DNA of 64,000 nucleotides from Myxococcota bacterium (GTDB taxonomy: Bacteria; Myxococcota_C; UBA6777). The stretch covers positions 124,001 through 188,000 of the forward strand of contig JAKLKB010000002.1 in assembly GCA_023150835.1 (NCBI GenBank), in the 5' to 3' direction. The position numbers and the translations under genes are program-made. The notes beneath the pieces were generated by a model. The model had not been told where the DNA came from. It ran no database searches and was given only the letters and a program-made list of their open reading frames with translations. Below are positions 1 through 9,229 of this stretch, piece by piece. Positions within the stretch are counted from its first letter, which is position 1, and each line of letters begins with the position of its first letter.

Positions 1-793
1 GCCCAACAAAACACGAGCCGCCGTAGCCAACACCCGCGTAAAGGAAGTGATGGCCGATACGGTGATCTGTCCCCATGCCTCGACGGATCTGCTCGATATT
101 GGCTCCAACGCGTTCGCAAAGGTTGGCGAGATCGTTCATAAAAGAGATGCGTGTCGCAAGCATCGCATTACAGGCGTATTTGCAAAGCTCTGCATCACGA
201 GGAGCCATCGTCAGGATCTGCGAGGCATCCTCCACAAAGGGCCGATAGAGATCGCGCATCATCTCGGAACCACGGTCTGTATTGCAACCGATCACGACGC
301 GATCAGGTTCCAAGAAATCTTTGAGCGCAAGTCCCTCACGCAAAAACTCTGGGTTGCTGACCCAATCGACGGGAAAACGCGCATGATGCTCACAGTGCGC
401 ACGCAATTGATCTTGTGTGCCTACAGGTACGGTGCTTTTGACCACCAAAACCAACCGACCAGTCGCGGCCTTGAGTACGGCCTCGGCAACCGCAAAGACT
501 TGCGAGAGATCCGCCGAGCCATCCTGCGCAGGTGGCGTTCCAACCGCAATAAAGCACACATCAACGCCTTGAACAGAAGTCACCAGATCGGTTGAAAAAA
601 CAAGGTTGCCTTTTTGATGGTTACGGATCACAACCTCGTCGAGACCGGGTTCATAGATCGGCATGATCCCTTTGCGAAGGTTTTCGATCTTTTGCGTGTT
701 GATATCGACGCAGATCACATGCCGACCGCTCTCCGAAAAACAGGCCCCTGCCACAAGGCCCACATACCCTGTCCCGATAACGCATAACTTCAT
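1..793 (-). CDS. ugd: UDP-glucose/GDP-mannose 6-dehydrogenase, 3' end runs off the window
   Basis: Absent from the ORF track. Hand translation from ATG 793 gives MKLCVIGTGYVGLVAGACFSESGRHVICVDINTQKIENLRKGIMPIYEPGL, i.e. Rossmann GxGYVG plus the PIYEPGL signature. Confidence 0.92.
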   Translation of the reverse strand, partial: MKLCVIGTGYVGLVAGACFSESGRHVICVDINTQKIENLRKGIMPIYEPGLDEVVIRNHQKGNLVFSTDLVTSVQGVDVCFIAVGTPPAQDGSADLSQVFAVAEAVLKAATGRLVLVVKSTVPVGTQDQLRAHCEHHARFPVDWVSNPEFLREGLALKDFLEPDRVVIGCNTDRGSEMMRDLYRPFVEDASQILTMAPRDAELCKYACNAMLATRISFMNDLANLCERVGANIEQIRRGMGTDHRIGHHFLYAGVGYGGSCFVG

Positions 794-858
794 AATTGCT
801 CCTCTATTCAGCACGCCAAATGGCGGATCTTGATCTGGGTGGACTTGCGTGTTTGGAT

Positions 859-933
859 TTGTTTTCGTGAGGCTTGTTTTCGTGAGGCTTGTTTTCGTGA
901 GGCTTGTTTTTGTGAGGCTTGTTTTCGTGGGGC
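859..933. repeat. 15-bp tandem repeat, 5 units (TTGTTTTCGTGAGGC); last unit forms the head of family-1 element copy A
   Basis: Units start at 859, 874, 889, 904 and 919. Confidence 0.95.
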
Positions 934-1048
934 GTTGCCCCAAACCCCACAAGGGACCGATGGCCCCTTGACCCCGTGTTGGCGCAACGAACAGACCTTT
1001 TCACAAAGACAACACCGCCGATTGGGGGCCTACGAACACGTCTTCTTT
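927..1048 (+). repeat. Family-1 dispersed twin-hairpin intergenic element, copy A
   Basis: GTGGGGC-GTT-GCCCCAA ACCCCAC AAGGGACC-GAT-GGCCCCTT GACCCC...CGAACACG; aligns by eye with six other copies. Confidence 0.88.
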
Positions 1049-1170
1049 ACCCACCGCGCAACTCCCACCTTGGTGAACTTTCGCGCCTTTGCTCTAGCAC
1101 AAAACGGAATACGCGATCAATGTTTGTGATGGAGCGGTTGAAGAAACAAACAACGCAGATCGTCTGAAAC

Positions 1171-1322
1171 GCCGATGGGATGAAGCATATCCATCATCTC
1201 GATATGCCGATGGGATGAGGCGTATCCATCATCTCAATATGCCGATGGGATGAGGCGTATCCATCATCTCGATATGCCGATGGGATGAGGCGTATCCATC
1301 ATCTCAATATGCCGATGGGATG
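1171..1322. repeat. 35-bp tandem repeat, 4 units plus a partial, downstream of clpX
   Basis: Unit GCCGATGGGATGAGGCGTATCCATCATCTC(G/A)ATAT at 1171, 1206, 1241, 1276, partial at 1311; no spacers. Confidence 0.95.
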
Positions 1323-1330
1323 GAGAGGGT

Positions 1331-2593
1331 TTAAGAAGCGATGCGACGGGAAGGTTCGGGTGTAGGCTTGGGGGGATGGATGGTTCGTTCGATCAAAGCG
1401 GAGTCGATGCGAAGTTCACGGGTGGTTTTTTTGGAGGGCAGTTCGTACATGAGATCGAGCATCGAACGTTCGAGGATGGAGCGCAGGCCTCGTGCGCCTG
1501 TCTTGCGTTCGAGGGCCAAACGTGCGACGGTTTGGAGGGCTTCGGGATCAAAATGCAGGGCGATCCCATCCAGCTCAAACAACCGTTGATATTGGCGAGT
1601 CAGGGCATTTTTGGGTTCGGTGAGGATACGGATCAAGGTTTCTTGATCGAGGCCGGAAAGGGTGGCGATCACAGGTAGGCGCCCGACAAATTCGGGGATG
1701 AGTCCGTAGCCGATCAGATCTTCGGGACGAACCTCTTTGAGCCAATCGCCTGTGTCTTTTTGGACGCGGGTTGGGATATCGGCACCAAAGCCGATCACTC
1801 GCTCTTGCATACGGCGTTGAATGATGGTTTCAAGGCCCGTGAAAGCTCCTCCGCAGATAAAGAGGATGTTGGTAGTATCGACTTGGAGGAAGTCTTGTTG
1901 GGGGTGTTTGCGCCCTCCTTTGGGGGGGACGTTGGCGACGGTACCTTCGAGGATCTTGAGCAGGGCTTGTTGAACGCCTTCACCAGAGACGTCGCGGGTG
2001 ATGGAGGGCGAATCACTTTTGCGGCTGATCTTGTCGATCTCGTCGATATAAACGATCCCACGTTGGGCTTGCTCGATGTCGTAATCTGCGGATTGTAGGA
2101 GGCTGACGAGGACATTTTCGACGTCTTCGCCGACGTACCCTGCTTCGGTGAGGGTGGTGGCGTCGGCGATGGCGAAAGGCACCTTGAGGATACGAGCCAA
2201 GGTTTGTGCCATCAAGGTTTTGCCGCATCCTGTGGGGCCGAGCAGCAAGATGTTTGATTTTTGCAGTTCGACGTCATCCGTTGAGAGATCGGAGTGGATG
2301 CGTTTGTAATGGTTGTGAACGGCCACAGCAAGGGTCTTTTTGGCGCGTTCTTGACCGATGATGTATTCATCAAGCAAAGCCTTGATCTGGGCGGGCTTAG
2401 GCAAAGAAAAGCGTGTGGAGCCGAATTCTTCGCGGTCATCGGACTGTTCGGCGATGATATCGTTGCAAAGGTCGATACATTCATCGCAGATATAGACCGA
2501 AGGTCCAGCGATCAGCTTGCGCACTTCGCGCTGGCTTTTTCCACAAAACGAACAAAACAGGTTGTCATCTTCACCGCTACGACGGGCTGCCAT
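1331..2593 (-). CDS. clpX: ATP-dependent Clp protease ATP-binding subunit ClpX
   Basis: CSFCGK zinc finger, Walker A GPTGCGKT, Walker B YIDEIDK, RKH loop, IGF loop. Confidence 0.99.
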   Translation of the reverse strand: MAARRSGEDDNLFCSFCGKSQREVRKLIAGPSVYICDECIDLCNDIIAEQSDDREEFGSTRFSLPKPAQIKALLDEYIIGQERAKKTLAVAVHNHYKRIHSDLSTDDVELQKSNILLLGPTGCGKTLMAQTLARILKVPFAIADATTLTEAGYVGEDVENVLVSLLQSADYDIEQAQRGIVYIDEIDKISRKSDSPSITRDVSGEGVQQALLKILEGTVANVPPKGGRKHPQQDFLQVDTTNILFICGGAFTGLETIIQRRMQERVIGFGADIPTRVQKDTGDWLKEVRPEDLIGYGLIPEFVGRLPVIATLSGLDQETLIRILTEPKNALTRQYQRLFELDGIALHFDPEALQTVARLALERKTGARGLRSILERSMLDLMYELPSKKTTRELRIDSALIERTIHPPKPTPEPSRRIAS

Positions 2594-2599
2594 GGCGCG

Positions 2600-3217
2600 T
2601 TAACTTTCTTGTTTTTTGAGGGCGTCATCTTTACTCGCCACCACATGATCGATAATGCCCAAGGAACCGTAGTTTTTGGCTTCTTCGGCGCTCATAAAGT
2701 AGTCGCGATCGGTATGTTGAACGAGGATTTCCATTTTTTGCCCTGTATGACGGGCAAGGATCTCATGCAAGGCATCTTTTAAGCGCAGGATCTCGCGGGC
2801 GTGGATCTCGATCTCGGAGGCTTGGCCAGAAACACCTCCAAGTGGCTGATGGATCAAGATACGCGAGTTGGGCAAGGTGTAGCGCTTTTTGGCTGCGCCT
2901 GCGGCCAAAAGCACTGCGGCCATTGAAGCAGCTTGGCCAAGGCAAAGCGTCGAGACTTTGGGTTTGACGTACTGCATACAGTCATAGATCGCAAGGCCCG
3001 CCGTGACCGATCCACCGGGGGAATTGATATAGAGGTTGATATCTTTGTCTGGATCTTCGGACTCCAAAAACAGCATCTGCGCGATCATCAAGTTGGCGAC
3101 GTCGTCGTTGATCGGCGTCCCCAAGAAGATGATGCGATCTTTGAGCAAACGAGAATAGATATCATAAGAGCGTTCGCCACGGTGGGTTTGCTCGATGACA
3201 AATGGAATCAATGGCAT
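2600..3217 (-). CDS. clpP: ATP-dependent Clp protease proteolytic subunit
   Basis: [25 protein letters not shown], catalytic AASM and IHQP motifs. Confidence 0.99.
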   Translation of the reverse strand: MPLIPFVIEQTHRGERSYDIYSRLLKDRIIFLGTPINDDVANLMIAQMLFLESEDPDKDINLYINSPGGSVTAGLAIYDCMQYVKPKVSTLCLGQAASMAAVLLAAGAAKKRYTLPNSRILIHQPLGGVSGQASEIEIHAREILRLKDALHEILARHTGQKMEILVQHTDRDYFMSAEEAKNYGSLGIIDHVVASKDDALKKQES

Positions 3218-3312
3218 CGGGTTTTCCTTCCTTGAGTGGATGGGTCTTTGGTGGAGCGGTGCAACGTGTGTCCCTTGTCCATCGCCAACGGCTCTTGCCG
3301 ATTCTATCGACC

Positions 3313-3470
3313 GCGATATCGGCTTGCGCTGTTCGAGCGATCGCTGTGCTGGTTTGGGCCGTTTGAAGGCCCGATGTGTCGGCCTGCGTTGTTCGGGCGA
3401 TCACTGCGCTGGTGTGGGCCGTTTGAACGCTCGATGTATCGGCTTGCGTCGTTCGGGCGATCACTGCGTT
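3313..3470. repeat. Degenerate 60-bp tandem repeat (~2.6 units) between tig and clpP
   Basis: Sequence lines starting 3301, 3361 and 3421 align in register (TCGGCTTGCG..GTTCGGGCGATCACTGCG..). Confidence 0.9.
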
Positions 3471-3643
3471 CACGGCGAGGGCGACTCGATCGATCACGAC
3501 GCAAGCTCGGAGCATTCGGTCGATCGTAGCGTTGGTTTCGCGCATTCGAGCGAACAAGGTGGAAAGAAGATATCCATCTTTTGAGAAAAGACAAGCAAGC
3601 CCTCCCCGCGCACAACGTCCACCCTCCCCAAGATCATGTGGCT

Positions 3644-5023
3644 TCACGCAGGGGCAGATATCTCGGAAGAAGCCGCATCTCGGGCATTTTCGGCCTCTTT
3701 TTTCTCGGCTTCGGCTTCTTCTTGCTTTTCTGACTCGATGCGGTGTTGAAGGGCTTCGGAAGAAAGGCGCTCGATGTGATGGGCGGCTTTTTCAAAAAGT
3801 CGATCCAAGGCTTTTCGGCTTTGGATCTCGCGCTTGAGCTCGTCGAGATCTTCTTGCGATTGCGCACTTTTGAGATAAGCCACCGAGCGGTTTTGGCGCT
3901 TGGCTGTTTCGGCCAATTCTGCATCAAGCTCGTGTTCTTCGACTTCCACAGCAAAGTCACGAACAGCTTGTTGGAGGATAATGCTGTTGCGGACTTCAAG
4001 GAAGGCTCCACGTCGGAGCGTCTCGCGCAGCGCTTCGGGATCAAAGAGGGGGCGATCACCTTGCATAAACATACGGAACTGCGCCAACATCCCGCGCACT
4101 TTGTTGTTGAGGTGGTTGTTAAGGAAGTGTGGCGGAACTTGTATGTCGCAGGCTTCACCGAGCTGTTGGAGCAAGCGGGACTTGGCGCGATCTTTACATC
4201 GCACCTGTCCATCTTGTTCGAGGTGGGTTCGGATCTTGGCGCGCATATCCGCAAGGTCGGTATAGCCGGCATCTACGGCAAGATCATTGTCAAGTTCAGG
4301 AAGAACGCGTTCTTGGATCGAAATCAGCTTGAGATCAAAGTGTTGCGTGTCTTGGCCTTCGACGGGGATCTCGACGTGTTTTTCTTCCTCAGGGATCATC
4401 CCAACAAGCGCATCTTCGGCTTCTTTTGGCAAAACGCCCAAGTAAGCGCCAAGCCGAACTTGGACATTCTCACGGGATTTCGCCTCGTCGCCTTGTTTGA
4501 ATTGGTATGTCACTTTCAGGGTATCTCCCGATTGGGCGGCCCGATCATCGATATCTCGCAAAGATGACAGCCGTTCGCGTTCACGCTCAATCTCACGATC
4601 TACGTCCGTCTCCGAAAACTCGACCTCTTCAACGAGCAGCGTTGTTTCGTTGATCTTGCTGAGATCAACGATCGGGCGGATCTCCAATTTGGCCGTAAAG
4701 GCGTACTCTTTTCCACGAAAGACTTCGCCGCTGTTGGAGTCGGGGATGCTCAAGATATCGAGGGATTTGTCCTTCATCAGTTCCGCGAAGGAATTCTCGA
4801 TCAAGCGTTTTCGTGCTTCTTCTTGGATGGCTTGGCGATAGTGGGGGAGTTGTTCGAAGACTTGGCGGGGGACTTTTCCGGGTCGAAAGCCTTTGAGGCG
4901 AACGTTGCGCGAGAGTTTCTGGAAGATCTCGTTGAGGGCAGAGTCCACATCAGACGCTGGGATCGCAAAATGGACTTGGCGCTCGACAGGGCTGACCTCT
5001 TCGATTCGGATATCGATCTTCAT
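3644..5023 (-). CDS. tig: Trigger factor
   Basis: GFRPGKVP ribosome-binding signature; tig-clpP-clpX synteny. Start set at ATG 5023 (MKIDIRIEE, AAAGG upstream) because the longer ORF overlaps tRNA-Leu. Confidence 0.95.
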   Translation of the reverse strand: MKIDIRIEEVSPVERQVHFAIPASDVDSALNEIFQKLSRNVRLKGFRPGKVPRQVFEQLPHYRQAIQEEARKRLIENSFAELMKDKSLDILSIPDSNSGEVFRGKEYAFTAKLEIRPIVDLSKINETTLLVEEVEFSETDVDREIERERERLSSLRDIDDRAAQSGDTLKVTYQFKQGDEAKSRENVQVRLGAYLGVLPKEAEDALVGMIPEEEKHVEIPVEGQDTQHFDLKLISIQERVLPELDNDLAVDAGYTDLADMRAKIRTHLEQDGQVRCKDRAKSRLLQQLGEACDIQVPPHFLNNHLNNKVRGMLAQFRMFMQGDRPLFDPEALRETLRRGAFLEVRNSIILQQAVRDFAVEVEEHELDAELAETAKRQNRSVAYLKSAQSQEDLDELKREIQSRKALDRLFEKAAHHIERLSSEALQHRIESEKQEEAEAEKKEAENARDAASSEISAPA

Positions 5024-5122
5024 GGCGACCTTTCTGTTGGGAATAGACGAAGGTGTTGAATTTGGGATGGCTGCTTTGTTTGTTGGGGAAGCAAACGAAG
5101 AACACAGTAGCCTGAAAGGGAG

Positions 5123-5206
5123 TGCGATAGGGGGGAGTCGAACCCCCACGGTTGTTAAACCGCTGGATCCTAAGTCCAGTGCGTCTACCAATTCCGCCAC
5201 CATCGC
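5123..5206 (-). tRNA. tRNA-Leu (anticodon UAG)
   Basis: Acceptor GCGATGG/CTATCGC, D loop GGAATTGGTAGAC, anticodon loop CT-TAG-GA, long variable arm, GTTCGAC T loop; CCA not encoded. Confidence 0.96.
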
Positions 5207-5213
5207 AAGAAAC

Positions 5214-5247
5214 AAAGGGGTTTTTTGTTGTTTCAAAAAACCCCTTT
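5214..5247. terminator. Perfect 14-bp stem-loop between tRNA-Arg and tRNA-Leu (terminator or processing hairpin)
   Basis: AAAGGGGTTTTTTG-TTGTTT-CAAAAAACCCCTTT. Confidence 0.6.
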
Positions 5248-5249
5248 TG

Positions 5250-5323
<74 letters not shown>

Positions 5324-5372
5324 AAAAGAGAGGACGTGGTTGTTTGTGTGCTTGGGTTTGGTAGAGCGTTGA

Positions 5373-5446
<74 letters not shown>

Positions 5447-5605
5447 TTGGAAAAGGGACACTCTTTGGGAGCGATGCGTTGCCTGAGCCACAAAAAACAA
5501 GCGGGCGAAACAAGGCTTTCCGCCAAGCACACAGAACAGAGCGGAGTATATACAACGCTTTTGTCCAAGACGCAAGCAGATTTTCAAGCCTTTCCACAAG
5601 AGCGC

Positions 5606-6238
5606 TCAAGCAAGAGGCATTTGTTGGGGAAGCCACGCTAAAAGCCACGTCCGAAATGCCTGCAAAGCTCGCGCACGATGGCTGCGTTGATTTTTCTCGG
5701 TGGGTTCGAGTTCTGCGAGTGTTTTACCTTGTTCTGGAATCCAAAACAATGGATCAAACCCAAATCCGTGAGGCCCCCGTTCTTCGGGGATGATAACCCC
5801 TTCGCAACGGCCTTCAAACACGGCTTCGCCACCTTCCCAAAGAAAGACCAGCGTACAAACGAAATACGCGCTTCTTTGTTCGATGGGGATTTGTTGGATG
5901 GCTGCGATCAACTTGTTTCGGTTGGCTTGCTCGCGTTGCGCACGATCAGGATGATGCCCCGCATAATACGCAGAGTCTACACCCGGCTCGCCTCCAAGCG
6001 CAGGCACCACAAGCCCCGAATCATCGGCCAATGCCCAACAACCTGTGTGCTCGTATGCTGAACGTGCCTTGATTCGGGCATTTTCCACAAATGTTTTCGC
6101 ATCTTCGATCGGCTCGGGTAGTGCAGGAAAATCTTCCGCCGTCAACACCTTCATCGGAATATCCGACAGGATCGCACGGATCTCACGAATCTTCCCCGGA
6201 TTGTGCGAACAAACCAACAAACGATGAAAAACAAACAT
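5606..6238 (-). CDS. rdgB: Non-canonical purine NTP pyrophosphatase (RdgB/HAM1)
   Basis: NPGKIREI, ADDSGL, GFGFDPLF, SHRARA motifs; directly downstream of rph. Confidence 0.96.
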   Translation of the reverse strand: MFVFHRLLVCSHNPGKIREIRAILSDIPMKVLTAEDFPALPEPIEDAKTFVENARIKARSAYEHTGCWALADDSGLVVPALGGEPGVDSAYYAGHHPDRAQREQANRNKLIAAIQQIPIEQRSAYFVCTLVFLWEGGEAVFEGRCEGVIIPEERGPHGFGFDPLFWIPEQGKTLAELEPTEKNQRSHRARALQAFRTWLLAWLPQQMPLA

Positions 6239-6258
6239 CGATCTCGGCTCCCTTATCT

Positions 6259-6975
6259 TTATGCAACGCCCCGAAGATAGGCCCTTGTTACCTCCAAGAT
6301 CTGCTCAATCCCCGATTGGCCCAGTTTGATCAATTCTTGTAGTTGTTCCATCGAAAACGTCCCGCGTTCGCCTGTTCCTTGCACTTCGATCATCTGGCCA
6401 CGCCCCGTCATTACCAGATTCATATCGACTTCTGCGCGTACATCTTGCTCATAAGCCAAATCCAGTACGGCTCGGCCATCCACAATCCCCACACTCACCG
6501 CTGCCACGTCGTCGACCAAAACCTTCCGACTGTCCAAGATCCCCCGCTTTTCCAACATACGCACCGCCAAAACCAACGCGATGTATGCCCCGCAGATCGA
6601 AGCACAACGCGTCCCACCATCCGCATTCAACACATCGCAGTCCAAAAAAATCGATCGCGGCCCCAACGCTTTGGTGTCCACCACCGCACGCACCGCACGC
6701 CCGATCAATCGCTGGATCTCTTGCGAACGACCATCGATCTTGCCGTTGCGTGCGCGTTGAACCCGCTGCTGTGAAGACGACGGCAGCATCGCGTACTCCG
6801 CTGTCACCCAACCCGTCCCTTCGGGCACAAACAGCGGTGCTTTTTCTTCGGACATCGCGCTGCAATGCACCACCGTCTGACCCATCCGAAAGATCACCGA
6901 AGCCGCATGTTGTGAAAACCCCGCCTCCACAGAGACTCGCCGCATCTGCTCCCATCCTCGATCTCGCAATCCCAT
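6259..6975 (-). CDS. rph: Ribonuclease PH
   Basis: GWVTAEYAMLP, GRSQEIQRLIGR, CDVLNADGGTRCASI, EVQGTGE. Start trimmed to ATG 6975 because the upstream ORF extension is repeat element B. Confidence 0.97.
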   Translation of the reverse strand: MGLRDRGWEQMRRVSVEAGFSQHAASVIFRMGQTVVHCSAMSEEKAPLFVPEGTGWVTAEYAMLPSSSQQRVQRARNGKIDGRSQEIQRLIGRAVRAVVDTKALGPRSIFLDCDVLNADGGTRCASICGAYIALVLAVRMLEKRGILDSRKVLVDDVAAVSVGIVDGRAVLDLAYEQDVRAEVDMNLVMTGRGQMIEVQGTGERGTFSMEQLQELIKLGQSGIEQILEVTRAYLRGVA

Positions 6976-7033
6976 CTTTTTCTCCCTCGATCCGCTCGCC
7001 TTCAAATTAGGCGTCACTTGTTGATTTGCTTTC

Positions 7034-7156
7034 GTGGGGCGTTGCTCCACACCCCACAAGGGACCTATGGCCCCTTGACCCCATATCGGCGAACAGAGCA
7101 TCGTTTTTCACACCAACGACTCTCTCGCTTGAAATACCGCGAACACGGGGTTTTTT
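7034..7156 (+). repeat. Family-1 element, copy B
   Basis: GTGGGGC-GTT-GCTCCAC ACCCCAC AAGGGACC-TAT-GGCCCCTT GACCCCATAT...CGCGAACACGGGG; tail nearly identical to copy E. Confidence 0.92.
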
Positions 7157-7500
7157 GCCCGCTGCGTCACTCTCCATGATCGGAGCTCCGCGATCGGACC
7201 CGTACGCAAGACTTCGGCACTTTATCACCGCAACCGAGCTAATCCGCAAGCCTTCGCCCCTTTCTCATCGCAATCGGACCAATCCGCAAGCCTTCGGCAC
7301 TTTTTTGGCTACCGCGCCACTCCGAACGAGAAAGCTGTTGGCTTTTTGATCTCTTTGTGTTATCTCTACGCACGCTTTTTTTGCCCAAGGTGTTCTCTGT
7401 CCTTGCTTGTTCCTTGCCACTCGGCGGAGAGAACCCAACGGCCCACACTTTTTGTGGCCTGTCCCGACCTTGGTATGCTTGCTTTGTAGAGAGGTGTTTT

Positions 7501-7719
7501 TTGTCCAAAGAAGATGCAATTGAAATGGAAGGCACTGTCGAAGAAGCCCTTCCCAACGCGATGTTTCGTGTAAAGCTCGAAAATAACCACATGGTCCTCG
7601 CCCATATCTCCGGTCGGATGCGCAAATTTTTTATCCGCATCCTGCCCGGTGACAAAGTCACCGTCGAATTGAGTCCCTACGACCTCACTCGTGGGCGGAT
7701 CACCTATCGAAGCAAATAA
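7501..7719 (+). CDS. infA: Translation initiation factor IF-1
   Basis: TTG start after [34 protein letters not shown]...[15 protein letters not shown], 72 aa. Confidence 0.99.
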   Translation: MSKEDAIEMEGTVEEALPNAMFRVKLENNHMVLAHISGRMRKFFIRILPGDKVTVELSPYDLTRGRITYRSK

Positions 7720-7832
7720 CCGCCTCGAAGCAAACAACCGCCTCGAAGCAGATCACCGCCTCGAAGCAAATCACCGCCTCGAAGCAAACAACCGCCTCGA
7801 AGCAAACAACCGCCTCGAAGCAAACAACCGCC
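7707..7832 (+). repeat. 18-bp tandem repeat x7 starting inside the last codons of infA
   Basis: Unit TCGAAGCAAA(T/C)(A/C)ACCGCC; the first unit contains the infA TAA stop. Confidence 0.95.
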
Positions 7833-7870
7833 GTCGATCCGACCCCGCGCTTTCTTTGTGAGGCCCCGTC

Positions 7871-8779
7871 ATGTCTACTCACGTCCTTTCTCCACTCCAC
7901 ATCGCCCCCCATCTCCTTCTCCTCCCGCTTGACCAGCCACGTGACGGCTTTCATCACTTTATCAGCGCTTGGCTATTCCGTGACGACCGCGTCTGCTTTG
8001 TCGTGGACCCCGGCCCCACCTCGACCATCCCCACTCTGATCCGCTACCTCGAACAACAAGGCATCGAAAAACTGGATGCCGTTCTCCTAACACACATCCA
8101 CCTCGATCACGGCGGGGGCACAGGCTCCCTCCTTCAATCTTTCCCTGTTGACCGCGTCTTTTGCCATCCCCAAGGCATCCCCCATCTGATCGACCCCGCC
8201 CGTCTCTGGGAAGGTAGCGTCAAAGTCCTCCGCGAACTCGCCGAAATGTATGGCCCCTTAACTCCCGTCCCTTCCGAAAAACTCGTATCCACCGAAGAAA
8301 TCGCCTCCCTCGCTGGCTTGCCGCTCCCCATCCTCCCCACCCCCGGGCATGCCCCCCACCAAGTCGCCTACGCTTGGGACGGCTTTCTCTTCCTCGCAGA
8401 AGCCGCAGGTGTTCTGCTCGATACGCCCGAAGGCCCCTACCTTCGGCCTGCAACACCTCCCGCTTTTCGCCGCGACGTCTTCTTCCAATCTATCCAAGCC
8501 CTTCGCTCCTTCGCTCCCGCCACTCACACCCTTTGCTACGGCCACTTTGGCGCACACAAACAACCCCTCCTCATGCTCGAACAGGCCGAACGCCAACTCC
8601 ACACTTGGCTCTCCCTCTTCGAATCCCACCCAAACGACCAAGACAACGACCTGATCGAACAGCTCAAACAACACGATCCGCTTTTTGCTCGCTTCGATCT
8701 CCTCCCCCCCGATCTTCAATCTCGTGAACGCTACTTTATCGGAAACACCCTCTGGGGAATGCGTACTGAAAAACGTTGA
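7871..8779 (+). CDS. MBL-fold metallo-hydrolase
   Basis: THIHLDHGGG (HxHxDH), PGHAPH, CYGHFG. Confidence 0.92.
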   Translation: MSTHVLSPLHIAPHLLLLPLDQPRDGFHHFISAWLFRDDRVCFVVDPGPTSTIPTLIRYLEQQGIEKLDAVLLTHIHLDHGGGTGSLLQSFPVDRVFCHPQGIPHLIDPARLWEGSVKVLRELAEMYGPLTPVPSEKLVSTEEIASLAGLPLPILPTPGHAPHQVAYAWDGFLFLAEAAGVLLDTPEGPYLRPATPPAFRRDVFFQSIQALRSFAPATHTLCYGHFGAHKQPLLMLEQAERQLHTWLSLFESHPNDQDNDLIEQLKQHDPLFARFDLLPPDLQSRERYFIGNTLWGMRTEKR

Positions 8780-9229
8780 TCTCTCGATCCCCTCCTACAA
8801 CCCCACGAACCACTCACGCTCAAGAGCCTCGCAAAACATCCCTGATCGCTTCGCACAACAAACTCCCTTCCCCCCCAAACGACAAGTTCCCTTCTCCGCT
8901 GATCGACCCGATAGATCGGCTTCTTCGCGCTGCCTTCCCGCTTTTTTTTGAACCCGATTCTTTCCCTTCATCACAGCCTGCGCTAAGATAAGCACGCAAT
9001 GTGCCCTAGAAAAATTGTCGTCTGCTTTTGGCGTCTGATATCATGGAACGCTGGATAGATTAAACCAAAAATTTCGGGGCAAGCATCCAAAAAGATCGAC
9101 CGCCTCACATCAAACCACCCGACGTCGATCTGAACACACACTTTCTCTTGCTTCTCCTTGCGAGAACAGCCGATAGAGCAACAACAGCGCAGGACAACAC
9201 AAGTCTCCTGCGCTGCGGAGGAGGATAGA

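Noticed and set aside
47-595. 182-aa + strand ORF, and the many similar long shadow ORFs throughout the window
   Set aside because: They lie antisense or out of frame to well-supported genes (here ugd) and show no recognisable motifs.
1171-1322. 35-bp repeats as a CRISPR array
   Set aside because: The units are contiguous with no unique spacers, and no cas genes are in the window.
5024-5236. N-terminal extension of trigger factor in the ORF track
   Set aside because: It overlaps tRNA-Leu and a hairpin; the real start is most likely ATG 5023.
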